Origin: Eledone cirrhosa
Lineage: Eukaryota
NCBI GenBank assembly: GCA_964016885.1
Contig: CAXHJY010000693.1
Span: 9,295-73,294, forward strand
Reading direction: 5' to 3'
Length of the DNA stretch: 64,000 bases
This document shows positions 19,430 through 31,947 of the stretch, one piece after another. The notes beneath the pieces are model-generated. The model ran no database searches, was not told the DNA's origin, and saw nothing but the letters and a program-made list of their open reading frames with translations. The position numbers and the translations under genes were made by a program. Numbering within the stretch: the first letter of the stretch is position 1; every line of letters starts with the position of its first letter.

Positions 19430-22400
19430 TTATTCAGCCAAATTTCTGAAAACAATAACAGCAGCAGCAATAGTGACAGCAGCAGGACCAACAGCAAAAC
19501 CAATAGTAGTAGTAGCAACAACAACAGCACCAAAAACAAGACCAGTAGCGGCAGCAACAATGGTACCTCTGAAAAAGGGACCATTTCTTTTGCGGGGGTG
19601 GCTCGGAATGTAGAGAGAGTGATAGTAACGGAGGAGGAAATGGCGGTCACAAGGGCTATGGGGACTAAGAAAGAAAAGAGAGTCTCTCTGAAACCTCTAT
19701 CAGATTTTTTTCAAAGACCAACAGCTGCGTACGGTGACTTACTGTACTATAAGCAAAATATCACATCGGCTGGAGAAAGCCACGGAGGCTCAAATTCAAA
19801 AGGCCTTGGGGTGCATATTGGCACGCAAAACCCATGTCACCCGAGGCAAAAAATATGCCACCATGAACCTACTTGTTGCCACCCTCAAGAGGCGAAGTCT
19901 CACTCTTTGGCAACCCTAAAGAGTGAGAAGATAGTGTTGGTGATCTCCAACTGTGGGCAGAAGATTGTGAGGGTCAAAGTGACCCAGGTCTCGCCCGACG
20001 TGCCCATACCTTGGCTAACCGCGTCTGTCCTCGCTGGAGTCGAGGACAGGACGACCACGCTGCAAGTGCAGAAGATATAGAGGGAAAACTGGTCAGGTAT
20101 TGAAATGCAAATGCTAATCTAAACTGACTAGGAGTGTATCCAGGCTACCCTGAACGTCATAGACTTCGAAGAAGGAGTTCAACTCCCCATAAACGAGGAA
20201 GAAAGGCGCCCAAAGTGCTATCTCTGTGAGTCGAAGGTTCACCTCAGGGCCTTTTGCCCACAGAAAACAGCAAAGGAGAAGGCCCTCCTCCTTCCGACGC
20301 CTGGTCTGCTGCTACCAAGAGCAGGGCAGGCAACAGAGGCATCAGACCATTCCACGGTGAACAGGAGGGCAACGTCCGTGGCACCCACACCAAGGCCACG
20401 GACAACTAAAACAGCGGCAGCACTGGTGACAGCACTAGTAGCTACAGTCGCAGTAGCTACATCGGCGACAAAATCGCTGGAGCGGGTTCCACTACCACCA
20501 CCAACAGCCGTGGAGCTCATACCCCTCCCAGATCCACGGAATCTGACATGGAGTGTGAAGCGCGAGTGGAGTGGCAAAAGGTCTGCCACAAAAAAATGAA
20601 AACCCCCTTAGATTCACCCTCCAAAGTCGAGGGCAAACAAAGCGGGGTAAAGGTTGCAAGGCGACTTGCAACAACACCACCATCACCATCACCATCACCA
20701 CCACAAGCACCACCAACAACAACAACCACACCACCACCAGTATCACCACAGACACCAACATCGCAGACACAACAAGGCACACATACCTAACAGCAGCAAC
20801 AAGAAAACAGCCCCCCACCCAAATAAATAAAGAAATTACACAGCCATAAACATGGCAAATAAAGAACTCATGGAACATATAAAGCAGCACACAAACAACA
20901 GACACAAATTACTACAATCCACCAATACCAAGAACATTACTGAAAGACATAAAAATCGTTGAGATCAAACTCGAACATTATAAACAGTTAAAACAAAAAT
21001 TGCCCAACGCATTTGGGGACTTTAGAGGGTCGCTTACCAAGAGAATATACACGGACATTATCTTGGAGTCACCCATGGCCAGCCTCATTGATATGGAACT
21101 CGCCAAACGGGCCATCTTCCTGGACCCAGAAGGTAAGTCGGTGGTGCTGGACGTGACCGGCAGCGAAGGCAATGCTTTCATGCTAGTCGCCGTCTACGCC
21201 CCAACAGGGGCAGGACGGCCAGATTTCTTCAGACGTCTAGAGACCTTTCTGGGAACGTCCCGCTCTTTAGTGTTACTGGGCGACTGGAACGGTATCTTAG
21301 ATGCACGCTGTGATTATGTGGGGCTAGTAGACAGGACATGGGTGTGTAAAAGCCTCAACAACCTGCACAGACGTTTTGAACTGTCTGACAGGTATAGACT
21401 GGATTATCTGAATGTGCCAATGTGGACATGGGCAAACCGCATCGGGTCATCCAGATTGTATCTGTAGGGAAACAGATAAAGCTAGTATAGGTTGTTCACA
21501 ATTTAAAGTAGTCAACTTCACTGACCACAAATTTGTGATCTGTGAAGTTGACTTAGATAGACTCCATAGGCAAGGGTCCGGTTACGCGTCGTTCCCGGTG
21601 CGCAAAGCTTACAGAGACCGGATTAGTGAATTAGTTAAGCGTGCGTTGACGGGTTTGACAGTCAACAACTGGTGGTGGTTTACGTTGAAAAGGGTAATTG
21701 AGTAGAATCGATAAGGTTTAGCAAAGGAGTAACGATAGAGGAAAATAGAGTAGAGGGAGAGCTTGTTAGAAAGCTAGAAGCGGTTTTAGGACAGGCATCG
21801 CAACCGACGTGCTTGCAGCCAGATTGGCACTCGACCAATTCTTAAACACAAAGCATGAAGGCTGCGTTGTCAGAGCTAGAGCGCGTGTTCTGAGACACGA
21901 GGGGACGAAAGCTGTTCATTGGGCCCGGGTGGTGGAGGCGCGACTTGGCAACAAAGCTACAACTCGGTCTTTGCCTCACCAAAATGTTGCGTGGAGGCCT
22001 GGGCATGCTGTGGCTGATGATGCGCAAACATACGACATCTCTGGTGCTTCCTTGGCGGTGAACAGATATGGTGGCCATTTGCCAGACGCGCTTTCCCCCA
22101 GCTCGTCTCTTTGACGGAGCTGCAGTCCTGGATCACGAAGCTGGAATGTCTCCAAACGCTCACTGCCTTCTACCAGCTGAGCACTAGTATCGGTGGAACA
22201 TCCACCTCGGTGTTCTATAGAGGACTAGTGGAGGGGAATAGTGACGACGTTCTCGGGGAGACCCTGGGCGTCGAAGACGACCAGCTGTTCACTCTCTTCG
22301 AGAGAACTTTCAGCCCGGGGCCTATGGACAACTTCCAGAAATCCTTGACATCGCAGTGCTTCCGGGGAGCGTTGCCAGTTTGAGATAAGCTCTACATGAA

Positions 22401-23115
22401 TGGAGGTGCCGTCAGCCGAGCCTGTTCGATATGCGTACAGGGCGACGAAACCGTCGTGCACGCACTCGTTCAGTGCCCGGGGATTGCTGACTTGTGGGAC
22501 TATGTCGAATAGTTGCTGTTGCGTGTAGGACGGATCCGGTTATCGACTGAGTCCACTGTGCAGATAGCCCCGCTGTCCTCCTTTAAGGAGGAGTAGGGGT
22601 AGGTACTTTTCATCTGCCTGGTGGCCATGGCGAAAGAGATTGTATGGTGGACAAGGTTGAAATGATTGAAGACGGCCACTTTCCTCTCCGGTGAATCACT
22701 GATTAACTTTTTCAAGTTTCATTTGAAGAGGAAAATCAGGGTGGAGAGGCAAGTGCTGTCTTCTCGTAAATTTGTTGAAAGGTGGGTGAAAGTGGCGAGT
22801 CTGGTCCGAGTGAACGGGCCCACTCTGAGTATGCACCTGTAGACTGAGGAGTAGGAGAACTGGAGAGGGCGCTTGCCCTGGTGGTAGGGGTGGCCGTGGT
22901 CTTTTGTGTCGTTTTCGCCACGAGAGACCCTCGGAGGTTTCTCCCCTATTGGGAAATTTTTGTTGTTTGAATTTTTTAATTTGTTTCCACACATTTCTAC
23001 GTTTTTTTGTTATGACCTCTTTAGTGTTATAACCACTTTGTATTGTATTGTCCTGTAGTGTTCTGTGCCGTCTGTAATGTTTTTGTTCATGGTAGCCCTT
23101 GTGGCCAATAAAGAA
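19430..23115 (+). mobile_element. Degenerate Tx1-clade LINE with internal deletions (RT domain missing)
   Basis: ORF1 remnant with KCYLCESKVHLRAFC, APE remnant (FLDPEG, LLGDWN, TDHK), a jump to GGLG near 21985, the C-terminal cysteine region, and a 3' end gcccttgtggccaataaagaaa. Confidence 0.88.
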
Positions 23116-23134
23116 ACCCTTATTATTTCCTCTT

Positions 23135-23430
23135 CTTTTCTTCTTCTTCTTCTTCTTCTTCTTCTTCTTCTTCTTTTTCGCTCACCTATTCCTGAGAGAG
23201 TCGTGGGAGAGGGGGGGGGGGAGACTCCTCAATGATCAAAGGTCTTTGGGTCATTTCTTTTCCTTCAACTTTCTAACACCCTTTTTTAAATCCATGCTCT
23301 TCCCAGCAATGCTGTTTTCTGCAGCAATCCTATCCTGATGGCAGTTCCTAGCTTCTCAAGCCATGCATTCGACCTTTTACTAACTGCTCCCAGTGCGCCA
23401 ACCACAATAGGACCCATTTCTACGTTATTA
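23135..23430 (-). mobile_element. 3' fragment of an R4/Dong-like element with (GAA)n tail
   Basis: PIVVGALGAVSKR..LLQKTALLGRAWI is an RLE C-terminus. The 3' UTR ends in (TTC)n on the plus strand, and a similar end occurs at 43620-43670. Confidence 0.75.
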
Positions 23431-23431
23431 T

Positions 23432-23625
23432 GGTGGATTGGCAGTATCGGTAGAGGGTCGGACGCCATGCTTTGATGCATAGAGTTACGGCCCTTTCCAA
23501 TCTGAGTTCAAATCCCGCCGAGGTTCACCTTGCCTTTCATCCTTACGGGGTCGATAAAATAAAGTACCAGTAATGCACTGGATAATTGCTGGCCTTGTGC
23601 CAAAAGTAGAAACAATTATTATTAT
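23432..23625 (+). mobile_element. SINE family A
   Basis: Same consensus as 19112. Confidence 0.9.
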
Positions 23626-24762
23626 TGGAGAGGGATGTGCTGCTTACCAGCCAGTTTGTTGAAATTGGTAGGCAGAAACTGCTAAGAAGCCCTTCGAATT
23701 CATTGTACTTGTAATTCAAAGAGTTAATCTCATCACACAAACATTCTAGGAATTAAGTTCAAATTAAGGGAGGGCCGTTTTGATTTTCCTAGACGTAGAT
23801 ATACCCCCAATCCTAATTATTCACTTCTCTGCTAATAAAATCTTTTCTACGGTCGTAGCTTTTTTCCTCGAAATACCAAACTTAGGAACTCTCTTCCATC
23901 TCATAGTTTTCCTCCTTCCTATGACCTGAACTCTTTTAAGTCTAAAGTAATTTAATTCCTTTCATCTGTCTCCTTCTTCCTAGTTAGTCATTGATATACA
24001 AACAAACGTCAAGGTGGTCACGGTCTGAAAGCCCTTCAACATGGATCTTTAGTGTCAATGTTGACCATGGGCTAAACAACAGCGACAGCAACAGCAACAA
24101 CAACAATTCTTAAAGGAAGAAAGTTTCTTTCTAATTAGGATTTTAGCCCTGCTCAAGGATATAGATGAAAAACTCGAGGGGAAGTAAGTGAGGGAGAAAG
24201 AGAGAGAGAGATAGAGTGCGTGTGTGTATGTGTGTGTGTGCATATGTGTGTGTGTGTAACAAAATATGTGTATGAGTGAATGTGAGTGAATGTGTATATG
24301 TTTGTGTTATATAGAGATAGTGACAAGTTTGATAAACCTGGCCAGCAGGACAAATCAAGCTGGCCTAAATGCCCTCCTATCGCTCCCCCTTCTACCCCCT
24401 CTCTCCCCTCCCTCTACCCTCTCTCTCTCTCTCTCCTACTGATCCCCTCTCTCTCTCCTATCTATCCCCCTCTCTCTCTGTATATATCTCTCTTTCTCCA
24501 CCCTCACTATATAACCCTCAGCCAGTATCTGTGACATAAACTGGGTATATAATGTTACTTGCATTGATCACGCGCTGACATTGTGATTGGTGAAGAGGAA
24601 GGTGTGAAAAAAGTAGAAGTAGGAGTAGTAGGGGGAGTGTTGGGGAGAGTGGTAGGGGGGAGGGGAAAGGGGTGGAGTGAGAGTTAAGTAGGTGGAGTTT
24701 TAACCCTACAACCTTCACCTTTTCTTTCACGTTGTCGAGTGTATGGAAGTCACTACTGATTA

Positions 24763-25030
24763 TTGTGGTGGTGGTGGTGGTGGTGGTAGTGGTGGTGGTG
24801 GTGTGATAGTGGTGGTAGTGGTGGTGGTAGTAGTGGTTGTGGTGGTAGCGGGGGTGTTAGTGGTAGTGGTAGTGGTGGTGGTGGTGGTGGTAATGGGGTG
24901 ATAGTAGTGGTAGTGGTGGTGGTTGTGGTGGTAGCGGGAGTGGTTGTGGTGGTGCTGGTGGTAATAGTAGTGATAATGGTAGTGATGGTACTGATAGTGG
25001 TGTGGCTATAGTAATTGTGGTGGTATTGTG
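24763..25030. repeat. (GGT/AGT)n low-complexity tract
   Basis: Directly visible. Confidence 0.9.
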
Positions 25031-25338
25031 TTATAATACTTATCAACAGTTATCTATAAAAATGTTCAGATATCAGTAAGAATGCTAACGACCAAATTAA
25101 CTGTATTAACCGCAACCCAATCACTTAGTGTTAATAAGTCAACCGGTTGACATCTTACCGAGCTCACTGTTCATGTTCAGCCTTGGTCACTAACAGATCC
25201 ACACCAGGCTTTAAAAACCCTCAACAAAGTGAACTATTCTATAAAAACAATGTTGTAAGTAGAATAAGAAATTCTGTTTACTTTTCATTAACCTACCTTT
25301 TGTTTTATTCTATTAATTTCGTTCAGACTTAACCATTT

Positions 25339-25990
25339 AACATTTACGTTACTCTATATATACTATTGTATTTTAACAGTAAAGGCTTTACCTCACATAA
25401 TATCTCACATAACATTTACATTACTCTATATATACTATTGTATTTTAACAGTAAAGGCTTTACCTCACATAATATCTCACATAACATTTACATTACTCTA
25501 TATATACTATTGTATTTTCACAGTAAAGGCTTTACCTCACATAATATCTCACATAACATTTACATTACTCTATATATACTATTGTATTTTCACAGTAAAG
25601 GCTTTACCTCACATAATATCTCACATAACATTTACATTATTCTATATATACTATTGTATTTTCACAGTAAAGGCTTTACCTCACATAATATCTCACATAA
25701 CATTTACATTACTCTATATATACTATTGTATTTTCACAGTAAAGGCTTTACCTCACATAATATCTCACATAACATTTACATTACTCTATATATACTATTG
25801 TATTTTCACAGTAAAGGCTTTACCTCACATAATATCTCACATAACATTTACATTACTCTATATATACTATTGTATTTTCACAGTAAAGGCTTTACCTCAC
25901 ATAATATCTCACATAACATTTACATTACTCTATATTTACTGTTATGTTTTCATAGTAAAGGCTTTATATCATATAATTATCTCACATAAT
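25339..25990. repeat. 72-bp minisatellite, about 9 copies
   Basis: Unit aacatttacattactctatatatactattgtattttcacagtaaaggctttacctcacataatatctcacat. Confidence 0.97.
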
Positions 25991-26182
25991 ATCGAATCTA
26001 TGAGATTTTGATATTATTTATTTTGAGAAAAATGCCTTAACATCAGTATGAGTAGCAAGTTACAGTCAGTTTCAACAAAAAGAGGTGAGAGAATTCTGGT
26101 TTAAATGCTAAGGGGTTAATCTATGTTGGTTTTGGTCATTTTTTGTTTTTGAATTTTAAATGTTTGTTTCGTTATAGTAAAT

Positions 26183-26378
26183 CAGACCTGTCAACTCTCC
26201 CCGTCCGACGGGGAGATCTCCCACCCATTTTGGAGTGGGTGAGAGATGTTTCTTCTTGTGAAAATAGGTATAACTTTCACTATGTAAAATCTCTCCATTT
26301 TGCCTAATTTCTCCCCGTTTTGGGACGCTTTTTTTTTATGGTACTCCCCGTTTGGGATTTTAGAGGTTGGAAGGTCTG
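26183..26378. mobile_element. MITE with 6-bp target duplication (hAT-like)
   Basis: TIR CAGACCTGTCAAC / GTTGGAAGGTCTG, with GTAAAT on both sides (26177-26182 and 26379-26384). Confidence 0.75.
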
Positions 26379-26662
26379 GTAAATGATTTCACCGACAAAG
26401 CTTTACTCTCGTTTAACTACGACTACATCCTTTTACCCTATTCTGGCCGCCCGGGCGGCCAGCCCGTGGGCTCCCATTGCTTGTGATAGTAAGAGATGGG
26501 GAGAGTGGGTGAGACGGAGTCAGTGACAGTGGGAATTTGATTCCATTATGTCCAGACCTGGTGTATATGTATATATTTATTTACCACACCACATAATACT
26601 TCACATAACTCAGTTTGCTAAGGAAATGTTCCACTTACTTTGTAGTGCCCTATGTACTGTGA

Positions 26663-26895
26663 AGCCACATGGCTAAATAGTTACGATGCTTGACCTAGGA
26701 TCGTAATGTCGTCGGTTCGATTCCTGTTGCTGTGTTGTGTTCTTGAACAAAACATTTCACGTAGCTACAGTTCACTCAGCTGAGAATGAGTACCAGCAGT
26801 AGTTGGGGAGTTAAACCAGCAATAGACCAGTGTCCTGTCCAACAATTGTCTTGTACTCTCAGTCGCTTAACACCAAGGAAACCAGGGATAAGAGT
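26663..26895 (+). mobile_element. tRNA-derived SINE family B (old copy)
   Basis: tRNA-like head with ggttcgattcc, then gtgttcttgaacaaaac..cactcagctg..atgagtacc. Confidence 0.75.
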
Positions 26896-27319
26896 TAATC
26901 TTAACTTAATATACTGCTTTTGTATGTGATGGGGGAAGATTACACATTGTAATAGCCAATTTCCTTGTCCCTGAAATATAGGACTTGCAAATGATGTATG
27001 ATAGAATCAGAAGTAAGATTCTGGTCATCTTGGATCACAATGACGGATGGTCAAAGTTGAAATGATTTTAATCATAGCTCAACTTGATCTAGATTAACCT
27101 GGGGCTAAACATCAACACGAATATCATGATATTTGTATTCTTCTTTCTTAGAATCATTGTGGCTTGTGAAAATGAACGAATAATAATATGTGGTTAGGGA
27201 TTTTGACTCTGGATAATATGATCATGGGTTCGCTTCCAACATGGGTGGAAAGAGTTTCACTTATTAGCAGGAATGATGCGGATCACCTTTTAATTATTTG
27301 TTTAACGATCGACAAATCT

Positions 27320-27540
27320 CAGAGCTCATTCTCTTACCGAGTTGGGTGGAACTAGTCAAATCAGACCAAGGAATCAATGTTTCTATTAGTTTTCCCATTG
27401 CTGATACTATCTACCGGCCGCAATACCTAGCAAAAAAAAGCAGCATGAAATGAAGTGACATAACACATCACCTCGTCCGGAAATTGAACTCGCAACCTCA
27501 CGATTGCGAATCCGATTCTGTAACCATTATGCCAAGTGTC
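27320..27540 (-). mobile_element. tRNA-derived SINE (family B-like head, distinct tail)
   Basis: Homologous to 33655-33900 and 45230-45420. Confidence 0.7.
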
Positions 27541-28208
27541 ATTTTTAATTGTTGATCTGAAAACTATTTGAAGACATAGGTATATGTAAAACTGATACAG
27601 AGTTGACTAGTTCAGATGTCCTAATGATATTGTTATAGGACTGTAACATAAAAGACAGTAGAAAACATTGTGTTGGTGGACCATCGTTAAGTGCCGGTGA
27701 ATTAGGGCTTGCTATCGTTAAGTGGCGGTGAATTAGGGCTTGCAATGCATAAGCATAACTTTTTATATCTAAGTTTCTTCTGAATGCATACTTGTACTTC
27801 TTAGTTATAAAAATTTTAGAGCTGAACATGGAATAAGCGACATTTTAATCATCAGAGTATAAATTATTTTATTAAAGGCAGGAGACGCTGTTAGAAACTA
27901 CGAGATATTGTTGAGATGAACAAGTCAATGGCTTTTATCTGGCCATGGGTGCCTCAATGTCCTCAGTTGAGTTCCGCCTAGCTTCCAAAGCACTGATACA
28001 TATATATATATTGTAGCCTCTTTCCCTCGGCTCCATATAGATATTTAGAAATATTTCTTATCACTAATTTGATATAATTGTTTCACTGGTTTGCAGTAGT
28101 AGCTTCAATTCATCTTGATTTCATGAAACAACATTCTAGTGGATGACCCTGAAAAGAGTCTAAAACTATTACTGTCGTCAGAATTTTAATATCTTCACAT
28201 TATTTCCA

Positions 28209-28392
28209 ATGGCAGTATCAGTAGAGTGTCAAACACGGTGCTTTGCAGCAAAGAGTTATGCCCCCTTTCGTTCTGAGTTCAAGTCCTGCCGAGATTAACT
28301 TTGTCTTTCATCCTTAGAGGGTCGATAAAATAAAGTACCAGTAATACACTGGATAATTGCTGGCCTTGTGCTAAAAGTAGAAACAATTATTT
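28209..28392 (+). mobile_element. SINE family A
   Basis: Consensus match. Confidence 0.88.
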
Positions 28393-28872
28393 TCAATGGC
28401 TTCCTAAAAGCCCAACTTGTATATATAAATGAGAAGAACTCTAATGAATTTCGATCATATTTAAAGAATTCGAAATAAATTAGGTACGGGTGGATCAGTA
28501 AAGGGGTTAAGTCTTTTTTCTTTATGATAAGGTGAGAGAAAATGTAAATCGGTGTTGGGATTTTCATCCTTTCTTCCCATGAATTTTAATAGCTTAACTG
28601 AAACATTTTCATTAAGGACTTTCAATTGGAAATCAAAATTAAATTATCAAGAGCATTCCACCATTCTTAAGGATTTTTATGTGTTCATACACATTAAAAC
28701 AAACATATATATGAAGGCGCATGACTTACGACTCTATCAATTGGTTGCTGCCATAGCAACACCAAATACATTAAATAATAGAATTGCCTCAATCTGGTTC
28801 TCGCTTGTTTTTGGTCATTCAAACTGATTCTTTCTTGTTTGTGACCATTCAGAGAGACCCACTTCAGAGAGT

Positions 28873-29115
28873 GAAGGCGCATAGCTTAGCGGTTAGAGCA
28901 TTGGGCTTGCAATCGAAAGGTTGTGAGTTCAATTCTCGGACCGGGTGATGTGTTGTTTCCTTGAGCAAGACACTTTATTTCACGTTGCTCCAGTTTACTC
29001 AGCTGTAGAAATGAGATGATAGGATTGGTGTCCCTATCATTAAATCACCCAAGACACCTCCAACGAGATATACCTTGGAGGAGGCCAGCTAAACCTTCAT
29101 AGGTCTGAGATGTAA
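28873..29115 (+). mobile_element. SINE family B
   Basis: ggcgcatagcttagcggttagagc..gagttcaattc..ccttgagcaagacactttatttcacgttgctccag. Confidence 0.88.
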
Positions 29116-29211
29116 CGACAACAAAAATAAACATATTATCTACCATGTCGTTAGATATTGCTTTCTATGACTTACAAATGTATCATTTGATGTTTTATTT
29201 ATTTCTTCTAG

Positions 29212-29489
29212 CCCCGACATGTTCAGTGGTAATGAAGCAGATATCAATGTCGAAGACATTGATATAAGCAACAAATGTTCTCGAGAACATTCCAACGATC
29301 TCTCTACTCCTTGTCTTTATCGACGAAGACAATCAGTTATGGCCCAAACAAATGAATTTATGAAAGAAAATGAGAATAATGTTAGTCTTGGTGGTTTATT
29401 AATCCTATGCATATGTTTCATGTATGCTGCCATCCTCTTCCTAGTTTGGGCGTTATTCGGCAAAGTATTCTCCATGGTAAATATCGGAG
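29212..29489 (+). CDS. Putative host exon encoding a hydrophilic segment plus a hydrophobic (transmembrane) segment
   Basis: Acceptor ttttatttatttcttctAG at 29211 and donor GAG|GTATGT after 29489. The frame is open and non-repetitive (PDMFSGNEAD..GGLLILCICFMYAAILFLVWALFGKVF..). Confidence 0.55.
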
Positions 29490-29701
29490 GTATGTATAGT
29501 TTTTTTTATGTTTTCCATTTTTTCTCGATTTACGTTTAATTGCATTTCGTTTTTTACAATGATGAACTTGTTTGACAGAGTCGGTAGAGCGTCGGACAAT
29601 ATGATTTGTGGCATTTAGTTTCTTGCTGCCTTTCACTCATCAGTCTTAGAGGGTCAACAAACCATTACGATCGGAATCTCCTTCATTTGACTTAGCCATA
29701 A

Positions 29702-29892
29702 ATAATTGTTTCTACCTTTGACACAAGGCCAGAAATTACCCAGTACATTACTGGTACTTTATTTTATCGACCCCGTAAGGATGAAAGGCAAAGTTAACCT
29801 CGGCGTGATTTGAACTCAGACCATAAAGGGCCGTAACTCTATGCATCAAAGCATGGTGTCCGACCCTCTACCAATACTGCCAATCTACCACC
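29702..29892 (-). mobile_element. SINE family A
   Basis: Consensus match on the reverse strand. Confidence 0.9.
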
Positions 29893-30266
29893 TTATTACT
29901 ATAATTGTTTCTACTTTTGGCACTATTACTATAATGATGACTCATTCACTTTCCCCTACCTCTTGACCTCAGATGGTTTTCGTTTTTATCTCAATTCTTT
30001 ATATCAGCCACACAATACACACAAAGACTAGAAAGCAAGGTCAACGTGCTGTGTAATGACATTAAACATAAGTAAAAATTAGTAACAGAAGTTAATAGCA
30101 AGATACGGAAATTATTGATATCAGGTCCACAGCAAATGTTTTATAAGAGAGTCGTAAAATTCTGATGACATTGTAGATTAGATGGTAATAGTGTTAGGCT
30201 TTTATGGCAGAAATACTCTCGGGTGGTATTCCATTACTTTACCTGGGTATGTGTATATATATACCC

Positions 30267-30341
<75 letters not shown>

Positions 30342-30344
<3 letters not shown>

Positions 30345-31748
30345 CTTTTATTTGCCACAAGCGCATCAAAAGTGGGACAAGTACAATGGGGGAGTTTACA
30401 AAACAAGGCGTCCTCAATAGGGAGGAGGCAATAACAATATATAAAAATAAAATAAAATATAACAAAAAATAGAATTATAACAAAATCCTCAATAGAGGAT
30501 TTTGTTATAAAATATAACAAAAATAAAATTTATAACAAAATCCTCAATAGAGGGGAGGCGCCTTGGGGGGTCGCACACACCCCCGAAAAAAGTGTGCAAC
30601 CCTTTTCCTCAGGAGCACAGAGAGGGGGTGCTCCCTCGTTCCTTCCTCTTTTCCACCTACAGGCTCATGTAAAGGGAAGGCCCATTCACACGGGCCATTC
30701 TCGCCACTTTCACCCACCTTTCATAAAAACGACTGGGGTGCAGCACCTCTCTCTCCATCCTGATCCTTCTTCCGAAATGATATCGGAAGAAACGGACCAG
30801 TTGTTGGCCAGAGAGAAAGGTGCCTGACCTCAGTCCTTTCAGACGCGTCCACCATACAACCTCTTTCGCCATGGCTATTACGCACAGAAACACCGCCTCT
30901 GCTTCATCTTTGAAGGGGGGAGGCGGCTTGATCATTACAATAGACTCGGTGCTCAACCGGATCGGTCCCACCCTTGACAGCAGTTGTTCGACATAGCCCC
31001 ACAGATCCGCTACGCCCGAGCAGTGTACCAATGCGTGTGCAACGGTTTCCTCGTCGCACACGCATCTGGGACAGATCTTTTTGGCGGGGTCCCTACCCGG
31101 GCGCCCGTGTCTGTAGAGCCTTTCTCGAACGGGTAAAGCTCCTCGGTAGCACTGCCAGGCCAGAGACTTCTGGAAGTTGTCCATAGGTCCCGGGCTGAAT
31201 GTCCTACCGAACAGGCTGGCCAGTTCGTCCTCCTCCATGTCTAGGGCTTCTCCGAGGGCGTCGTCGCACCTGCTGCGTACCAGCCCTCTATAGAATGTTG
31301 CGGTGGAGTCTCCACTGATAACCGGATCCGCCTGCCAGAGGGCGGTGAGCGCCTGGGCACACTCAGTGTGCCAGGCGCCCAGTTTTCTCGGTCTTTGCTT
31401 GACCCAGGATTGCAGCTCGGTGAGTGAGACGAGTCTGGGAAAGGTTCGTCTCACAAACGAGGCCCACACCGGTTGTCCGGTGAGGAATACGTAGAGGTGC
31501 CGTAGCCTTAATGCGTGTTTACGCATCATTAGCCACGGCATCCCCAGCCCTCCTTTCGAAGGGTGTTGACAGCAGATGAATCTCCTCGCCATAGGAGCCC
31601 GCCTCTTCCAAAGGAATTGGAAGAGCGCGCGCTCCATCTTGGTGAGGGTTTCCCTTGGGCAGGGCGCTACGGTCAGGCGGTAGTAGATGACGGACGCTAT
31701 GTAGGTGTTCGCCACCTCCGCCCGACCTTTCAGGGATAGTTTGCAACT
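30342..31748 (-). mobile_element. 5'-truncated Tx1 copy (ORF2 C-terminus with CCHC finger) between (GA)n and (GATA)n
   Basis: Highly similar to 705-1570. Retains CPRCVCDEETVAHALVHC. Confidence 0.92.
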
Positions 31749-31771
31749 GACAGATAGATAGATAGATAGAT

Positions 31772-31845
31772 ACATTTCTTTATTAGCCACAAGGGCACGA
31801 AAGAAGGGGACAAATACAAATGGGGAGTTTACATACAAGCCACAA
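31772..31845 (-). mobile_element. Very short Tx1 3'-end stub in tandem
   Basis: tttctttattagccacaaggg..ggacaaatacaaatggggagtttaca matches the Tx1 3' UTR. Confidence 0.65.
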
Positions 31846-31947
31846 TGTAGTATAAAAAAAAAAGCTATTTATTGTTTAAATTTTAAACAATAAATAGCTT
31901 ATTTTTTTTTCTTTTACAAATATATTGCATATGTATATTAAGCATTT

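Noticed and set aside
24753-25046. His/Pro/Thr-rich ORF
   Set aside because: Trinucleotide low-complexity tract.
25366-25989. 207-aa repetitive ORF
   Set aside because: By-product of a stop-free 72-bp minisatellite, with no splice or homology support.
28873-28945. Possible tRNA gene
   Set aside because: tRNA-like head continues into a SINE body, and many diverged copies exist.
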